A model generated the notes under the pieces. The model worked only from the letters and a program-made list of their open reading frames with translations. It was not told the origin of the DNA and ran no database searches. From assembly GCA_010405405.1 (NCBI GenBank), contig MU004238.1, positions 1,189,530 through 1,253,529 on the forward strand: a DNA stretch of 64,000 bases, read 5' to 3'. This document shows, in pieces, positions 47,864-61,838 of the stretch. A program made the translations under genes and the position numbers. Position 1 is the stretch's first letter. Every line of letters begins with the position of its first letter. The DNA comes from Microthyrium microscopicum. Its lineage: Eukaryota.

Positions 47864-50800
47864 CTACGATAGGTTTTGACCAGTTCCCTCTGCGCCGCCA
47901 CCACCAACAATGCGTCGTGAGGCATCGTCCATCTCTTCCTTAGTAAGGCTCTCCTTTTGCATATCACCAGTGTGCTGCTCCTGGCCGGGAGAGTGACCAA
48001 CAGACATGCCTACCCGGATCTGAGAAGTGTTAATAGATGTTTAAGAAAAATATGAAGAATAACCTACCAAGGTCTCCAACGCACTGGAGGAGTTGTCAGT
48101 GAGATCCGAGTCCCAAACCATACGGCCAGGCTCAAAGAGTAGAAGAATGGTACTGCCGCCAAACTTGAAGTAGCCAAGCTCTTCAGCTCTCGACACCTTC
48201 TCGCCAGCTTTTCGGGTAATCACAGTGCTACCAACCATCATTGCTCCAATGCAAATGTACATAACTCGGCCATGGGCAACCGAGTCGATGGGGCAGACGA
48301 CGCGGATGTTCTCTCCATATACATCCAATGTTGATCGGATAGCCATGGGGTTAACTGTATAGTATTCACCTTGGATCAATTTGGGCTCGCATAGTGTTCC
48401 ATCGACTGGAATATGGAAGCGGTGATAATCCTGAGGAGCGAGACGGAATACGCCCAGCGCGCCTCCAGCATAGCGTTTGGCATCTTCTGGATAGGCATCG
48501 CCAAGTAGGCGTTCAACAGTAAAGTCTCGACCTTTGACCCAAATTTTCTGGGCTTCATCGAGTTGATTGAAGACGACTGAGCGACAGTCTGCAGGAGACG
48601 TGACAATGTTGGGGTTGTCAGGAGCAGAGCAGGGGCGAGCGTCTGGTTTTAATGCACGGTAGAAGAACTCGTTGAAGTTCTTGAATTGACCAATATCCAA
48701 GAGGACTTCTGACATGTCCAGCCCGTGGAACGCAACAAAGCTCTCGATCTGAGATATGGAAGCTGGATCGTCGAACTTTTTCCCTTGTTTGACGCTCAAT
48801 GACTTGAGCAGTTTCTTGACTATATTTTTCATTAGTCTTTTTTCCTTCGCTTGATTATAAGAAAACTTACTTCGCTTTCGTTCCATGTTGCTGGACTTTA
48901 AGCCCTTGTACATCAGGCGAATACCAAGGCGTACATAGACGCTCATCTTCTCTTCATTGATTTGACCAGTTCTACGGTCTTGGACGAGAATGTTGGCAGA
49001 ATTTGCCCCCAGTTTGTAGCCACCGTAGCTGATCTTTGTGATTACCTTGGAGTACCACTTTCGTTGAGCTTGACTGGAAGTAACAAATCCAGCCATAACA
49101 ATGTTGTTCACCTGGCGCCAATCTTGACTGGCACAAGTAGCAATATGAGTGATGATGTCGCTGTCTGTTCGCTTGTTGAGGCGTGGTTGGTGGCAGATTG
49201 GGCACTCACGGATCTCAATGACATGTTCTTCATCTTCATCATCTTCGAGATCTCGGTTACCCAGCTCGCTTTGATCGGCTTGTGCATCATCCGCTGGTAC
49301 GAGAGCTGATGGGTTGCTTTGAGACAGCGACAAGCCGGCAGTGGATGCTGTAAGGGATGGCGTCACAGTGCCAGAATCCTCTGCTGCACTAGAGTAATTC
49401 GTCGTATGGTGCATGAAACCAGGTGACTTGAAGAACGAGGATTTCTTGGACAGGCGCTGTAATTGATCTTCGAGACATATGACAGCCTCGTCGAAGCTTA
49501 CGCTTGGGACTTCACTAGACTTTTCGTTAGATGGGAACTTTTCGAAGAAGCTGTCGATTGTCGATTCGTGCAGTGTGGAACCAAGTGAGTCGAGCATGGT
49601 AGTAAGTTCAACTTTATCGATACGTCCGCTTTCATCCGCGTCATACTGTCGTAGCATTGCTCTCCAAAATTGCTGTCTGAGTGCTAAATACGGAAGATAT
49701 TTAGCTTTGATGAAGAGCTTTGGCTCCTTACCAGGCCATTTGTCCGGCTTTTTCAAAGCTAAAGGCAAGACGAATGCTTTGAGGCCGTCTTCGATAATGT
49801 CGTGGCTCTGCACCTTTGTAATATCCTGAAAGTACGAATTCCCCTGACTAGCCGATGGAGTACTTGTCGGGAGGACACTTGTCGGGACACTTGTCGGAGG
49901 AACACTTGTCGGTGGTGCCACTGTTTGCGGAGTAGCAGGCGGGAAAGCGCCTGGAATATTTGGAACACTTGGTATCGGAGGTAGACCTGAGCTGTCTGGA
50001 TGAAGAGAAGCAGTCGACGCTTCCTTTTGAACCTGCGGGCGACTAGCCATTTTTGACAGACTTTGTGAAGACGATGTGCGAGAGAGCGGCAATCTAAAAC
50101 GAGATCGCTTAGCCTCAGGTGTGGGAGTAGTCATACCATCTGGCCACTCTGGAAGATGGTATAGCCCGGTAGTTGCATCAGCGTCAGGTGCTAAAGCAAT
50201 AATCTTCTCAAGGGGTAAATCCACCTTGCCAACGTAGTCGTTTCCAGAAAAGTTGTCTCGATCTATCACGGAAAAGCACACAGAGTAATTGGTTTCATGC
50301 TTTTGAACCTGGAAGACAAGTTTCTCGTCGTAGACCGGATTCAAATTATGTCGAATGACTCGAGTTCTGTAGGTTTTCCGTCCCAGTGAACTGACGACGA
50401 ACGGATCCATATCAAACGATGTCCTGGTCACATTTCGTTCTGGGGGAAGGTCTATACACTTTTGAATCTCGATGAAAAGAACGCCCGCAACCGGAGAGCC
50501 ACTGGTGAACTCATAGCCATGTTGTTTGACTTTGTTCTTGATTCTAGTAATGCGTAATCTTCGCTTGTTCTTCTTGTCAAAAGCCTCCGGAGTAGCGTCC
50601 TGTTCTCCAGAGATTTCTTGGTCTAGCGGTTCCATGCCATCTTCATCTTCTCCTTCACCAGCAGAGTCTTCTTCGGCGAGGTCGGATTGGCTAGAGGCAA
50701 TAACAGTGGCAAGTTTTTGCAATAATTCTTGTGAAGAGGCATTAGGTGCCGCCTTGTCAATGACAGTGAACTGTAGCAAAATTGATCCGGTAACGACACT

Positions 50801-51672
50801 GTCTTTCTTTTTGCCGGCTTTCTTGGACTTCAAGGGGTACCATCTGGGCTGCCAAGCATAATTAGTAGGGGTAGCTCAATTGTATGATTTTCAACAGTAC
50901 CTCTTGTTCAGCCAGGTCATTGGCAAACAATTCTTCAAGCATCACCTCGAATTCGCCCATATAATCTTTGCCAAAGCGGTCCTTGTCCCAACATACTGCT
51001 TGGAGTATTGCGCTTTGTATGCCTACAATGGGCAATTCGATAGTTTGGTCCCACTCGGGATTTAAAGTCTTGTATATGGTGGAGCTCGCTTCCCGTGCGT
51101 CTCCGAGAATGAGAACAAGATACTGTAGCTGTTAGAAGGGCAACTCTCGGAAAGTCGGGTCAATTGGAAGCATACAGGATCGCTGGTTCCGCTCTTGTCT
51201 TTTGGAGCCAACTCTTGTCCCTAAAAGGCAATGTTAGCTGACGGATAGCGGGGCTTTGGGGTCCAAAGCAACCTACCTTGATAACGCGAACCTTCAAGGT
51301 GAGGGGAGCGGTTTTGGCCTGTTCAGCCATGCTGGAGGCTCGTGTAGGAGAGTGTCGGATTCTAAAACTAGAAGCGGAGGGAATGCGCAAAATGCGTGGT
51401 CTTGATGTATTATAGGATTTGGCGCGCGAGGTGGAGGATTGGGACTTGGCGAGCTGGGGTTGGGAAGGAGCTTCGGAGGATGATGTAGGTCCAGGAGTTA
51501 AGGCGGCAGGAGCGCTGGGTGGCAGTGGTACTTGTTTGGCAGCAACAGGTTGAGGCGAAGGAAGGTGCTCCTGATGGGTATTGGCAGGAAGGGCAGTAGC
51601 ATTGGAGCTTGAATGCTGGGTCTGGGTCGTACCTGCTTGCCTTGGCGGCGAGGTATTGACCACCATTGCCAT
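47864..51672 (-). CDS. PSD2: Phosphatidylserine decarboxylase 2 (two C2 domains, EF-hand, PSD domain), multi-exon
   Basis: C2 domains (LTLKVRVIK...; FDMDPFV), YDADESGRID, FNEFFYRALKPDARP, FRLAPQDYHRFH, and the autocleavage site FGGSTI. Start could be 51672 or 51330. Confidence 0.93.
49862..49917 (-). repeat. Coding tandem repeat (PPTSV/PTSV x4) within PSD2
   Basis: Four acttgtcgg cores in the + strand, encoding PPTSVPPTSVPTSVLPTS. Confidence 0.7.
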
Positions 51673-53022
51673 GGTTTGGCCTTGGGTCGTGAACTCTGGA
51701 GGGCCAAGATGTGCGATGGATGCGTGATGCAATACCCAACAAAGGGATCTATCACTTTGGAAGCGTCAAATTCATTCGCGACTGGCTGTTGGCCGGCCCA
51801 GCATTCTTATGATATGACGTTGTGCCTTTGTCGGAGAAAAACGAGCTATCAAAAAGGCCTTACTTTTTTCCACGCCCCTTTTAGCCGGACATATAACTCC
51901 CTTATTTCCTGCTAGTTTGCAGCTTGAGCAGAGCCTCTTATAGTCTTTATACTGTATACATGCCAAAGCAAGCACAAACTACTCCTTGCCGCGGTAAAGT
52001 AACGCGGTTCCCCAACTTTTGCTATTGTGTTGCTTGGGCGAACTTACTCTATTCCTTGTCCTTCTCTACTCTCCTGTATACGCCCTCAACCACCACTACC
52101 TGTTAGTGCTTCCTTAAACGATAACTTGTTCGCTTACATCTCTCATTTCCTTGTTCAAGTCGGAAGGTAGCTAGTATCATTTCCAGACACCCGTGTCCAA
52201 CAAAACCAAGTGGCTCAAGTCTGTTGCATCTAACGATCCCAATAGGTCAATAGTATTGTCACAGCCACAAGCCCTGCTACACATGTCCTATTTCCTAATT
52301 AGATCATCACATTCATGTCACACTCTTCATCAATGTGGTTCTATTCTGAAATCCGGGGCACCGCAGTCTAATTGTCCATACCTTCAGCCTACCGGACCAA
52401 AGTACCTTTGGTCGTGTGATCGACGTCGACATACCCTTGATTCTTATATTAAATTTCCGCTATACTTAGAGGAGCGACTAACCTCAATCGATCTAGAATT
52501 CAACGTTCTTCAACCTCGCGCCGAGCGAAGTAAGGATATTGACTATTGAACTGGACAGATATGCAAAATATGCCACTATATGGTACTATCACACAAGCTT
52601 GTCACATTGAATATTGTTGGAAAAGACAACATATCCTTGATATCAAATCTGAAATTTCAACAAAGCTCAATCCGCCAAACTCGATCGTTCGCGGGGAAGA
52701 GCAAATTAGTATGAACCTTCATGTGACAAAAGGTTATTACTTTGGAGCTTTTGAAAGCTCCTTAAGAAGAGTCAAGTCTATCTTAACTCTATCATTGCTT
52801 TTGTTCCAATGTCTGATCAGTTGTATGCCCAAGCCTCGGCGTTTGAATCCATCTTTCGATACCCCAGATTCTCTCTACTCTGCTGCTCCCATGCTGAAAG
52901 TTTCTTCTGAGCCTTTCTTTGTGCCAAAAGAGCCTTTGCTGTCCGCACATTTGCTGCTTCCTTCGCCAATCGAGCCTCTTGAGTTGCAAGGCGTCTAGCA
53001 CGAATCTATGAACAGATCAGCA

Positions 53023-53400
53023 TCAAATCAAGAAACCGAATGAGGAAGCCATTACTTCTTCTGGGCTTGGTGTAGCGTCTTGATCGTCATGCATATGATT
53101 TGAGGCCGGGGAGTCCTCTAGTTCCTCCTGCTGAGCAACCTCTTTCTCAGACTTGGACGCATCTAGACCAGATGTCGCGTGCGGCGCATCTCGAGGCGTT
53201 TTTCTGTGCTGAGTTCGGCGACCAGCTCTTTGAACATGCTGATCGTTCAGCCTTGTATCTTGTTGGAACAGCCTTCCCACTTGGTTGAATATTGTTCGCA
53301 TGCCGGTGCCTACTTTCCGCTCCATCTCTCGATCGCAGATGAACCATACGATGGCGGCCACCAGAAATACCACACCAACGCCGCTTGCGTTTGACGGCAT
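53023..53400 (-). CDS. Small hypothetical protein with N-terminal transmembrane segment
   Basis: 125 aa ORF MPSNASGVGVVFLVAAIVWFICDRE... with a charged tail. No recognisable family. Confidence 0.4.
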   Translation of the reverse strand: MPSNASGVGVVFLVAAIVWFICDREMERKVGTGMRTIFNQVGRLFQQDTRLNDQHVQRAGRRTQHRKTPRDAPHATSGLDASKSEKEVAQQEELEDSPASNHMHDDQDATPSPEEVMASSFGFLI

Positions 53401-54359
53401 TTCGAAAAAAAGGGAAAAGTATAAAGAAAATGTCACCTTTGCCTAAGGACGTTCGCCAATATTTAAATATCTACAGCACCCGTGTAAGATGCGACAGGCA
53501 GCTGCGCCCCCTGGCGCGAAGGATGATGGCGGCGAGGCATAGGCATCCGCGTCGTTAGTCGCAATCTGGTGGCGTTCCAAAGAACCATTGAAATGTCTGA
53601 TTTATGCTGACATGTACTGTCAAAGTCCTCGTTTTAAAAACTTGGAGCCTGACTTGTCTAAGCCTTCGGGAAAGGCTGTGGTAAAATGGAATTTACGAAA
53701 CGTGACTGTCAAAAGGCAAACCATGTGGATTTTGACAGTCGTTGAATCCTTCTGCATAGAACTAAAAATAGATTTATACGTTACTGTTCCACTTTTCTTT
53801 TCTTTGTAGCATTTTAGTCTTTTGTTGAAGGCATACCCATAGATTTTTGTGATATTCATACTTTAGACACTGGCAGTTGATAGCAATTCCATTGGGTGTT
53901 GATTAGATGTACCTAATATAGGCTTCGCGTTGAAGCCTAGAGTTGGCCATACCTGGTAGTTGTCCAGCAATTCTGGCCAACCGATAGACATAATAAATGG
54001 CGTGCCCCATGGACTTCAATGGCTCTCACGAACGCTACTGAGCAAAAGATGCTATGTTTTCAGGTGAGTTCGATGAGCTATGCTAGCATAAACGCCCTAT
54101 ATTGAAAAAGGCACTTAATAGCAAAGCGTGTTATGTAGCAGCTATTGAAGCCGATAGGAGCACGCCAGTCATCTTGTGTACCGCTTGTTAGACGTATAAT
54201 GCGAGTGGAAGCATAATATAAATATCCTTGCAAGTTCGTGACAGAGTCAAGGTCAGATCCATAACTCTTCTTCCTAACCAAGATGGGAAAACAGATCATT
54301 TGGTGCATCGGCTCATCATCGTATATTACATTCTACCAATTGACAACAACCATATCGCC

Positions 54360-56408
54360 ATGGAAACCTATGTACGTGAAATAATGCTTGATCGCAGGCC
54401 TCTCAGCACCTCATCAATCACCAAGAAGTCCATATGCAACACCTGTCGCCTGTTTCTTTCAACATGGAGCTCACGAAAGAAGTTGTACACTACTATAGAT
54501 GTTCCCAGATCTACTCTGAAGGATTGCAGCTTCTGCGCTTTCCTTTCTCAAGCTATCGATATCTCAAATCTGTCGAACAATACCAGCAGCCCGATCAGGC
54601 TCAAAATGTACCACGATGTATGCTCTCTTCAGACCATGGATAGTCTTGAGATAAGCGACATAGAGATATCACGAAAACCATCAGCAAAGTTTGACCTTGA
54701 TACCGTCGATTTCGAAGCGATCAATACGTGGCTTTATGCCTGTAAGCATCATAACCACCCGAGGCTGGATAGTCTGGGGCCTGGGCTGCTTGAAAACATG
54801 CAGTTCTTCTTGGTAGACGTACAAGAGCAGTGTGTTATCGAAACTTCGCCCACAGTACATTATGCTGCACTGAGTTATGTCTGGGGAGGAGTATCACAGT
54901 TATCCTTAACGACAGCCAACGTAGATACGCTACGAATACCTGGGGTTCTAGACACGGAGCAATCGAACATACCAGCAAGCATCAAAGACGCCATGCAAGT
55001 TTGCTTGAGAACAAACACACGATACATGTGGGTGGACAGTCTTTGCATTCCGCAAAACTCTCCTCTCAAAGCGCAGTATATCAAGAACATGCATCTGGTA
55101 TATTCTTGTGCGGATTTTACTATCGTTGCGGCTGATGGACTCGATGCGAGCCATGGAATTGCTGGCGTTAGCCGTCCGAGACAGAATGTTCACTTTGAGT
55201 TCAGCAGCGAAGGACTTGATCTCACGACAACCATACGAAGTCCGGTTCGTCAGTTGGATTCATCAAAATGGTACTCCAGGGCATGGTGAGTGTGATTCCG
55301 CGCAGTGTCTGTACTTGACCAGTACTAGTAGGTTGAAACTGACAATCTGGCCTATAGGACCTATCAAGAAGCCGCTTTCTCTCAAAGACTGCTAGTGTTT
55401 ACCAACTACATGTGCTATCTTCTATGCCCTAGCATGAATCAACGTGAGGATGGCAAGCAAGATATCACGAAAAATGGCCGTTCATCGAATCCCTGCGATG
55501 TTACATCTTTTCTCCTTCGCTTCAGCGACTGGAATTCTGGCCCAAAGGATAAGATGATCGAGATCGCAATGCTATTGACAAATTACCTCGGTCGTCAACT
55601 TTCAGATCAGGACGACATCTTGAATGCCTTCAGTGGCACAATGACCGCGTTTTATCCAGTGGTAGGACATTTTTGGTACGGAATTCCAGTATCATACCTT
55701 GCGGTGGGCCTCTCGTGGATGTATGCTATAGACCAGGACAAGAAGCAGACTGATTCGAAAGCTCAAGTTGGCAGGAGGAAAGGCTTTCCGTCTTGGTCTT
55801 GCACCGGGTGGTTTCATCCTGATAGAAGTACCCTCATGTTCACACTGAACAAGAGTAAAGCATACGAACAGGAAGCGTACGTTCAACTGCTCCGAAGGAC
55901 TCCTAGGGACGAGAGGGTTGAAGTTTTGAACTCAATCGCTCTGGTAGAAACCCAACATCACGCATATCTCAGTTCAAAGAAACACTTCTCTGAATTGATA
56001 CGTGAGCTGGAAAACGCCATCGATGCTACCCAACTCCTAGGTCTGTGGACGCGATCGGTACGGTTGAGAGTTAATCAGACACCACTATGTTGTTTTAACG
56101 GATTGGGGAGTTATGAACTCTGCGCAGATGATCGCGCACGGTATAACATCCATAATTCGAGCCAGATACACATCGAGAAAAGATGGCGTGATACAGCCGG
56201 CGAATCCGTCAATTTCATTCTTCTCGGGGCCATCGAGGCAGATGTCCGCATCGAGGACCATTCTACCGTGTCACTGGTAGCCGTAACCATGATCGGACCG
56301 GTAGCATATAGGGTTGGTATTGCAGCTGTATACCTGCAAGCATCAGTTCCTTTCCGGTCTCAAAAACTGTACCGAGAATCTGAGCAGCGATTAGTGGTCA
56401 TGGGTTGA
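54360..56408 (+). CDS. Heterokaryon incompatibility (HET, PF06985-type) domain protein, 2 exons (intron 55286-55357)
   Basis: Motifs WLYACKHH, LVDV, YAALSYVWG, IKDAMQV, YMWVDSLCIPQ, MHLVYSCADFTIVAA, WYSRAW|TYQE, DILNAFSG and FPSWSCTGW. Confidence 0.93.
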
Positions 56409-57360
56409 AGGAGTGGAATATCATATAAAGCCTCTGAAGCCGTTCAAAGGTGGTCATGGGCCGTTTAGGTATCCATCTTTTAGTTCAAGGCAATCAGTAA
56501 AAGAGATCCGAATCGCATCAATATCATTACCTAGGACTGATCTGCACTATCTAGCCAAACCCCCAATCGACCTTCAACAAGCAGGCCACCGCAACCGCAA
56601 TAACAGGCTAAATGCACCATCGTCCTCGACACGAGGTATCCATATCGCAAGAGCACGTCGCAAACTTGACTTGGTAAGCAGAAAAGTCGTGTTCAGGCCA
56701 TATAGAGCCAAAAGAAGCAAGGAAAAGGAAAAAAGAATATAAGCACAGAAAGGAATTGAGAAAAAAAGAAGTATGACGAGGATTCGGCTGGTAAAAGTAG
56801 AATAGATGTGTTTCAGCGTAACAAACAAGAAAGGGAATATTCTTCCCGCGAGATAATGATGATGTGATGATGATGATGACAAGAAGTTGATTTGTGAAGT
56901 AATTCGCTTTGACATAGGCGGGCTGGCTCCTTTCATTCGCTCAGCAGTACGGGAAAAAGAGGTGTGACAAACAGTACAGCAAAACGCCCCAGTCAGTGGT
57001 GGACAATATATGATCCTGTTTCGACCTTCCCAATCCCCATTCCCACCATAACGTCTTGAAAAAGACAAAACACCCCTCCAATAACAAGATAGATAGGAAA
57101 AAGGACTCAAGAGCATAGACAGACGACGACGAAGGTGATAGTTTCTTTCGTTCGTTCGCAGAAATGCCATACAGGACCGTTTGTTTTTGAAGCTCCTTCC
57201 GTCGAAATAAATATGACCCTTCCAGTGGCGTATTTCTTCGGACATCTCCTGTTCATATCATTTGCAGCACAATGACCCGCAAAGTTCCCGCATAAGAAAA
57301 CTCAGCTACAGCAAGCACCTCCCGCCGTACACCGATCAATATTTCAATCGGAGTAATCGA

Positions 57361-58617
57361 TCATATTAAGCCACACATGCGGAGATTCTCTTGGATGATG
57401 ATGTCTACAATAATGTTAGTCACTGATTCTCGAGGCATGAATTGGAACCATACCATTAACAGCTGCCATCACAAAACGGATCTGCATGGTGTCGGTAGCG
57501 CAAGTGAAATGTGTGTAAATTTGCTTGGTCTCATGTTGGTTGAGGGAAACAAATCGGTTGAGGATATAATCGCAAGCAGCTTGATAATCCGCGCCACCTA
57601 ATTTTGTTAGCTAGAGATTGACGAGTAGAGAAGAAGGCGCATACCTTCGTAATCGGGGAAGTAGTTCTTCATTGGGCTGACTGGCAGCTTCTCCTTGAAA
57701 CGATCGATCTTGTTGAGGAAGAGGATGATAGACGTCTTCACAAACCATCGAGAGTTGCAAATAGAGTCGAAAAGCGTGAGAGCTTCTTGCATACGATTGA
57801 CAGTTTCGTCCTCGAAGAGGAGTTGATCGTATTCGGAGATGGCGACAAGGAAGAGAATAGTGGTGACGTTCTCGAAGCAATGGATCCATTTCTTTCTTTC
57901 AGACCGTTGACCACCAACATCGAACATTCTGTATGTGAGATCTCCAATGATAAAGGTTGTTTCGGTGATACCGGTAGTCTTGACACGAGATCGGAGGACA
58001 TCTTGATCGTTGGGGATATAATCAGGCGCAGCGATGCGATCGATAGAGTCGAAGTAGCTGTGCTTGGATTAGTAAAGAAACCAATTGAGGCCGAGGGTTA
58101 TCTCACTATTTGGCAGAATCGTTGAGTTGATACTCGCGCGACCGCTGGAAACATGACTGAACGCCGGTGTCTTTCCAAAGAGAAGCGATAGCATTCCCAA
58201 CTTCAGTTGGCAACCGATCGCCTTCAATTTGTGATGGCTGCATGAAGATGGTTTGAACGTGGTATTCGGCGGATCGATTTTCCAGAGGCAACTCGAGGGA
58301 ATCCATCGCTTCGAGAATGACGCGCATAGATTGGACAGTGTTACTAAAGATAATTTCCTTGAAGGATTCACGTTCGTCTCTCGAGTATCCACCCTCATGG
58401 ATAAGCTTCATTTGTTTGAGAATTGTCGATTTTCCAGATTCACCAGCACCTGTGCGACGGGTTAGAGATGTCAGATTAAAAAGGGTTTGATGGTCGTACC
58501 CAATAACAGCATCTTGATTTCATTGCGCTGCATCATGCGATCCTTCTTGAGCTGATTCTCAATCTCCTCGTTACGGGCCTTGCCCTCCTTCTCCTCCGTG
58601 CTCATTCCACAACCCAT
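57361..58617 (-). CDS. gna-1: Heterotrimeric G-protein alpha subunit, group I (GNA-1/FadA type), 5 exons
   Basis: [57 protein letters not shown]-terminal LRMCGLI. Confidence 0.97.
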
Positions 58618-58726
58618 TGTGACGGTGGTATATTTTGATGTGTTGTGTAAGTGATTATGGTGGATGAGGCGAGATGGTTTTTAGGAGGATTCGTAAGGCG
58701 GAATCGAGCAGTGATGGCTGTAGGAG

Positions 58727-58933
58727 CTGAGATGGTTGTTAGCTTGACAGCCAGCAATGAATGCGTAGCGGCCGGAGGGTAGATGGAATATGGATGGCCA
58801 GCACAAGGAGAAGAGATGAAAACTGAGATGGAAACAAGGTGGTCGGATGAAGAAAAGAGGTTTGTTGGATGCTGGGGAAAGGAGGTGGGACAAAGTTCCG
58901 GGCGAATAAGAGGAAGGAACGGGTGAGCCTTAC
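58727..58933 (-). other. Putative 207-nt intron in the G-alpha 5' UTR
   Basis: CAG|GTAAGG donor at 58933, GCTAAC branch site and CTCAG acceptor at 58727, 110 nt before the ATG. Confidence 0.55.
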
Positions 58934-61838
58934 CTGGAGTCTTGGGAAGGAACAAACGGGTGATAGGGAAGAGGCCTGTTGCTATTGCAGTTGTTGGAAG
59001 CGGAAAGAAGCAAAGGCGTGCAAAGTCTGGGGAATAATGTAGGATAGGCAAGGAGTGGAAGAAATAAAAAAACACGCAGGTGCAAAGGCTGGGGAGATGG
59101 AAAAGGCAAGTTTCAATGTTGGGAAACCTGGACGAAATGATGGATGGAGGAGGTTTGGGGAGAGACTGAGAGTTGCTGCGAGGCTGCGAGGTAAGGTTGG
59201 GTTTGGCTTGGTTTGGCACTGCACTGCACTTTGGACCAACAAAACTCAAGAGCACGGGGACGAGGTTGGGACCACCAGATAATAGCAGAGAGCAGACTCC
59301 CTGTACTTTCTTCGTTCAACCTTCTTTCACTCTTTACGCCAGGACCGCGTAGGTCTCTTTCCGCGATCTGGATTCTGGAAAACGCTGCTACTTTCTGGAG
59401 GGTTGGTGAAATTGATGTGAACGGAACTACTGGATACTGGTAGAGTCTGGTACGGAGCGGCCAGCGCAAAATGGGCCGATTATTTGAGAAGTCACCAAAC
59501 CGACTTCTCTCCTCAGCTCCTCGACCTCCTGGACTCTCCACTCAGAGAATGACAGGCCCAAATTGGGTTCGTCGGACTGCGTTTTGATAGGCTGGTTGAC
59601 TGCATGGCCCTGCCTGCCGGCGCCCAAGTTGACGGGATCATACAGTTTAAGACTCAAAGGTTCTACGCCATCCCAAGTTCCCAACACGCTTTAGCTGATG
59701 CTGTTGTTTGACTTCGTCTGAATTCTGATTACATGCTTCCTCTTCAATCGCAGGTCTTTCAGAGACATTGCTCAATTACTAAAGAGCCAAAATGCTTGCA
59801 GGACTGGTCTCCAACTCCAAATTCATGCCGATACAAGCACCTACCGCATATCTCCAAGTATTAATTAATGCCTGTGTTGCAGGGGATATATTGATCGCCG
59901 GTAACCTTTGAATCCTAGTCTTGCCCAGATCTGCCCCTTTCTGTTTTTGACTAAGCACAAAATCCCCTGTTTCATGCTCCACTTGCCTCATTGAGGAATA
60001 GGTTGAATCGCTTCAAAGTTGTCTTTGTCTGCACACCCTTCACTTCGAGACATGGTACTTTCTATCTCCCTGCACAATTGTACCTGGTCATCAGCCTTGC
60101 TGGTTCTCTTTTCAAAAGGAACGCGCGCCTACTTCTTCCTCTGTAGTTCGTTTGAAGGTTGACGGGAACCAAGGAAAGAGCAACAAACATCCCAAATGCT
60201 TCTAGAAACCGTTCTCAGCCTCAGTTGCTTCCATATCCTTACTCCCTAAGAAAAACTTAATCATGGAACTAGTAGAAATCAAATTCCAAGCTAAATCAGC
60301 CTAGCGATCTCGGGAATTTCTTGAGTATCTGCCATTTTTGTCTTTTTACTGCACTATTGGTACTTAGCATATAAAACGGTTATAACTACTCATCGCAGAG
60401 TTGCGTTTCGCGACCGACTCACCGTCCCGCGTTTCCGTTTTATATGATTGCTGCAATACCACCTTGTAAGCATAACCTTGTGCCAATCATCATATCAATA
60501 AATTCACTCTTCCATCCTTGGAATCCTGGCTGGTTGATCTTGAAACTCATTATACCTGCAGTGCAGTTATGGTAACTGCATGTTGCTCGTCTATCTCCTA
60601 CGCAACATTCACCTCCAATTTGGCAACATAATCCAGCTTTGTTGTTGTGCCAATGATCACTATCACATACTTCACACGAGTACATGCTACAGCCATGAAT
60701 CCTACCGGCCCTTCCCCGGATGTATTTTGGACGCCTTGGGCCTTGTCAAGTTGTCTCAGCTGATCCTGGAGCTTCAATAGAGTTTGAACGAAAGCAGTAC
60801 AAAAGGAAAAACAAGGTATCCTCAGATTAGCCAATTCCCTACTATGCATATCTCATCGGTAGTTTTTGAGCTTTTGAGGCCGCTGCGTAACCGTACAATC
60901 GTGACTTGCTTCTTTGGCAAGTCAAGTCAGCTCCCCACTGCCAGCAGTCTGTGGCCGGCGACTTGTTCTACTTTTGTGCTGCGGTGCACCCTTTACGGCC
61001 ACGTTCGAGTCTTTGATTGCAACCAACGCTTCTGTGCTAAAGAGTGAGATGTCGAGTGCCGATACGCCTGCGGACGCTTTTCTGGCTTCCGTCGGTTACA
61101 TGCAGTACCATCCTCAAGCGTCGGAGAGAGCAGAGACACTTTACAGGTGTGCATGATTCCATCAAGGACAGTTCACGCAAATGGGTGATCGTTTTATGCA
61201 CATGGATTGGAGTGGGGGAATATGTTTTCTTGATCCGGCTTGATGTTTCTCCAAGGTCTGGGGAAACGGCAGCCGTTCAAGACCCCATCATATCTCCCTT
61301 TGGGATGAGATGATGAGGTTTGTTTAATTTTGCTTCTTTGTCCACACTCGCAGTCCACTTATCAGGTCGGCAAGCTCTAGCTTAATTAGAAGCGGGATGG
61401 GTATGTCATATTATCGATATTTGTGATCTCAATCAGGTCCACAAATGAAATCAGATGTTGAGAAAGGATGTACTAGCCATAGCAGAGCAAATTAAACTCT
61501 TCCCATGACATCAGCAGCTCAATATCTTCAATTCAGATGTGTTGCAAGGCTCGCTTCTCGAAACAGGTTGCTCGAATGGTGATGAGAGCTTGGAGAAAAT
61601 TGAAGATGAAGAGCTTCAGAAGAGGAGGTGGGAAAAGTATGTCAGCAGATCGGCGTTTCCTTTGCCCGTTAGCACGCTAGTGGGTCAAAAGACAGGCTAA
61701 CCTCGATTGGCTAATATTTACTATTAGCGCAGCCTCGCGCTCATACACATCGTGTGAATCATCAATTGATATTCTAAACCTTTTCCAACTTACGAAAAGA
61801 ATCACAACAGATCTAAAGCAAGTTCAAAACTCTCCACC

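Noticed and set aside
56574..57245. 223-aa minus-strand ORF after G-alpha
   Set aside because: Phe/Leu/Ser-rich translation of a T-rich 3' UTR.
58602..59255. 217-aa minus-strand ORF upstream of G-alpha
   Set aside because: Translation of the pyrimidine-rich 5' UTR and intron, out of frame with the gene.
60440..60685. Cys-rich 81-aa ORF as an effector or metallothionein
   Set aside because: No signal peptide, no promoter or Kozak support, and no known Cys pattern.
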